Of a DNA stretch of 64,000 nt, positions 63,604 through 64,000 are shown in pieces; position 1 is the stretch's first letter; each line of letters begins with the position of its first letter. The notes beneath the pieces are model-generated. The model was given only the letters and a program-made list of their open reading frames with translations. It searched no databases and was not told where the DNA came from. The stretch is taken from positions 4,030,001 through 4,094,000 of the forward strand of contig CM035354.1 of the NCBI GenBank assembly GCA_020137815.1. The letters run 5' to 3'. Source of the DNA: Hormiphora californensis. Lineage: Eukaryota; Animalia; Ctenophora. Position numbers and translations under genes: made by a program.

Positions 63604-64000
63604 ATGACTTCAGACTCGGACCTTCTCGAGGATGATACTGCAGACATGAGTGAGAGCTATGACCAACTTCGGCCGGACCACCATGTTCTTCAATCAGCGA
63701 CAACAACTCAGAGTGTCTCCTCCGGAACTTTTTCATGAACCCTTTTGAGAAGTATGCAGTTCGAGGGAAGTTCCCTTTCAAGCTCACATTTCACGTCCTA
63801 AAACTGATCTGTTTGACAGTCCCTGTTGGTCTTCTTTGGTCAGGACAAGTTCCAGCTCCGTAGGATTATCAGCTCCTACAAGAACAGTCTCGGGATACAT
63901 CCTGGTGCGAGATTACAGTGTCAGCTAGTACTGGTAGATATCGAGTATCCAGAGATACATACCCACCGGGAACTTCACGAGACTCTATCCTACTCCCTCG
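63604..64000 (+). CDS. MCOLN: Mucolipin (TRPML) N-terminal coding region with multiple +1 frame discontinuities, truncated by the window end
   Basis: Reconstructed QQLRV/LLRNFFMNPFEKYAVRGKFPFKLTFHVLKLICLTV/LLVFFGQDKFQLRRIISSYKNSL/GYILVRDYS...EIHTHRELHETLSYSL matches TRPML [44 protein letters not shown]...AFRHLFLLGYS...YTREQLYQAI. The start codon is uncertain. Confidence 0.8.

Noticed and set aside
63810-63900. Micro-introns explaining the TRPML frame changes
   Set aside because: Homology is collinear with only one surplus nucleotide per site, leaving no room for a GT-AG intron.

Overview
This is AT-moderate, (AG)n-rich metazoan genomic DNA with short GT-AG exons. A ctenophore or other non-bilaterian is my guess, but that cannot be shown from the sequence alone. 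I manually spliced seven phase-consistent genes: an intron-containing LINE-ORF1-like gene (-), a ~1110-aa adhesion GPCR (+), a DAPK/DRAK-like kinase (+) with a near full-length CR1/L2-type LINE in an intron, NAA60 (+), a TMBIM/Lifeguard protein with a novel triple helical-repeat N-terminus (-), an NKL homeobox gene (+) and FTSJ1 (+). A short SIKE/FGFR1OP2-like gene follows FTSJ1. There are also MITEs, a Helitron remnant, Helentron-like elements and satellites. The main anomaly concerns two genes: a MINPP1-like histidine phosphatase nested antisense in a GPCR intron, and a mucolipin (TRPML) at the window end. Both keep family-length homology only if single extra nucleotides are repeatedly skipped (about 10 nt, net +1 or +2 steps). 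More than 12 kb of neighbouring coding sequence shows no frameshift. This suggests gene-specific +1 recoding or deletional RNA editing, with pseudogenisation or assembly error as the alternatives to exclude. All homology calls are from memory of family sequences, not database searches.
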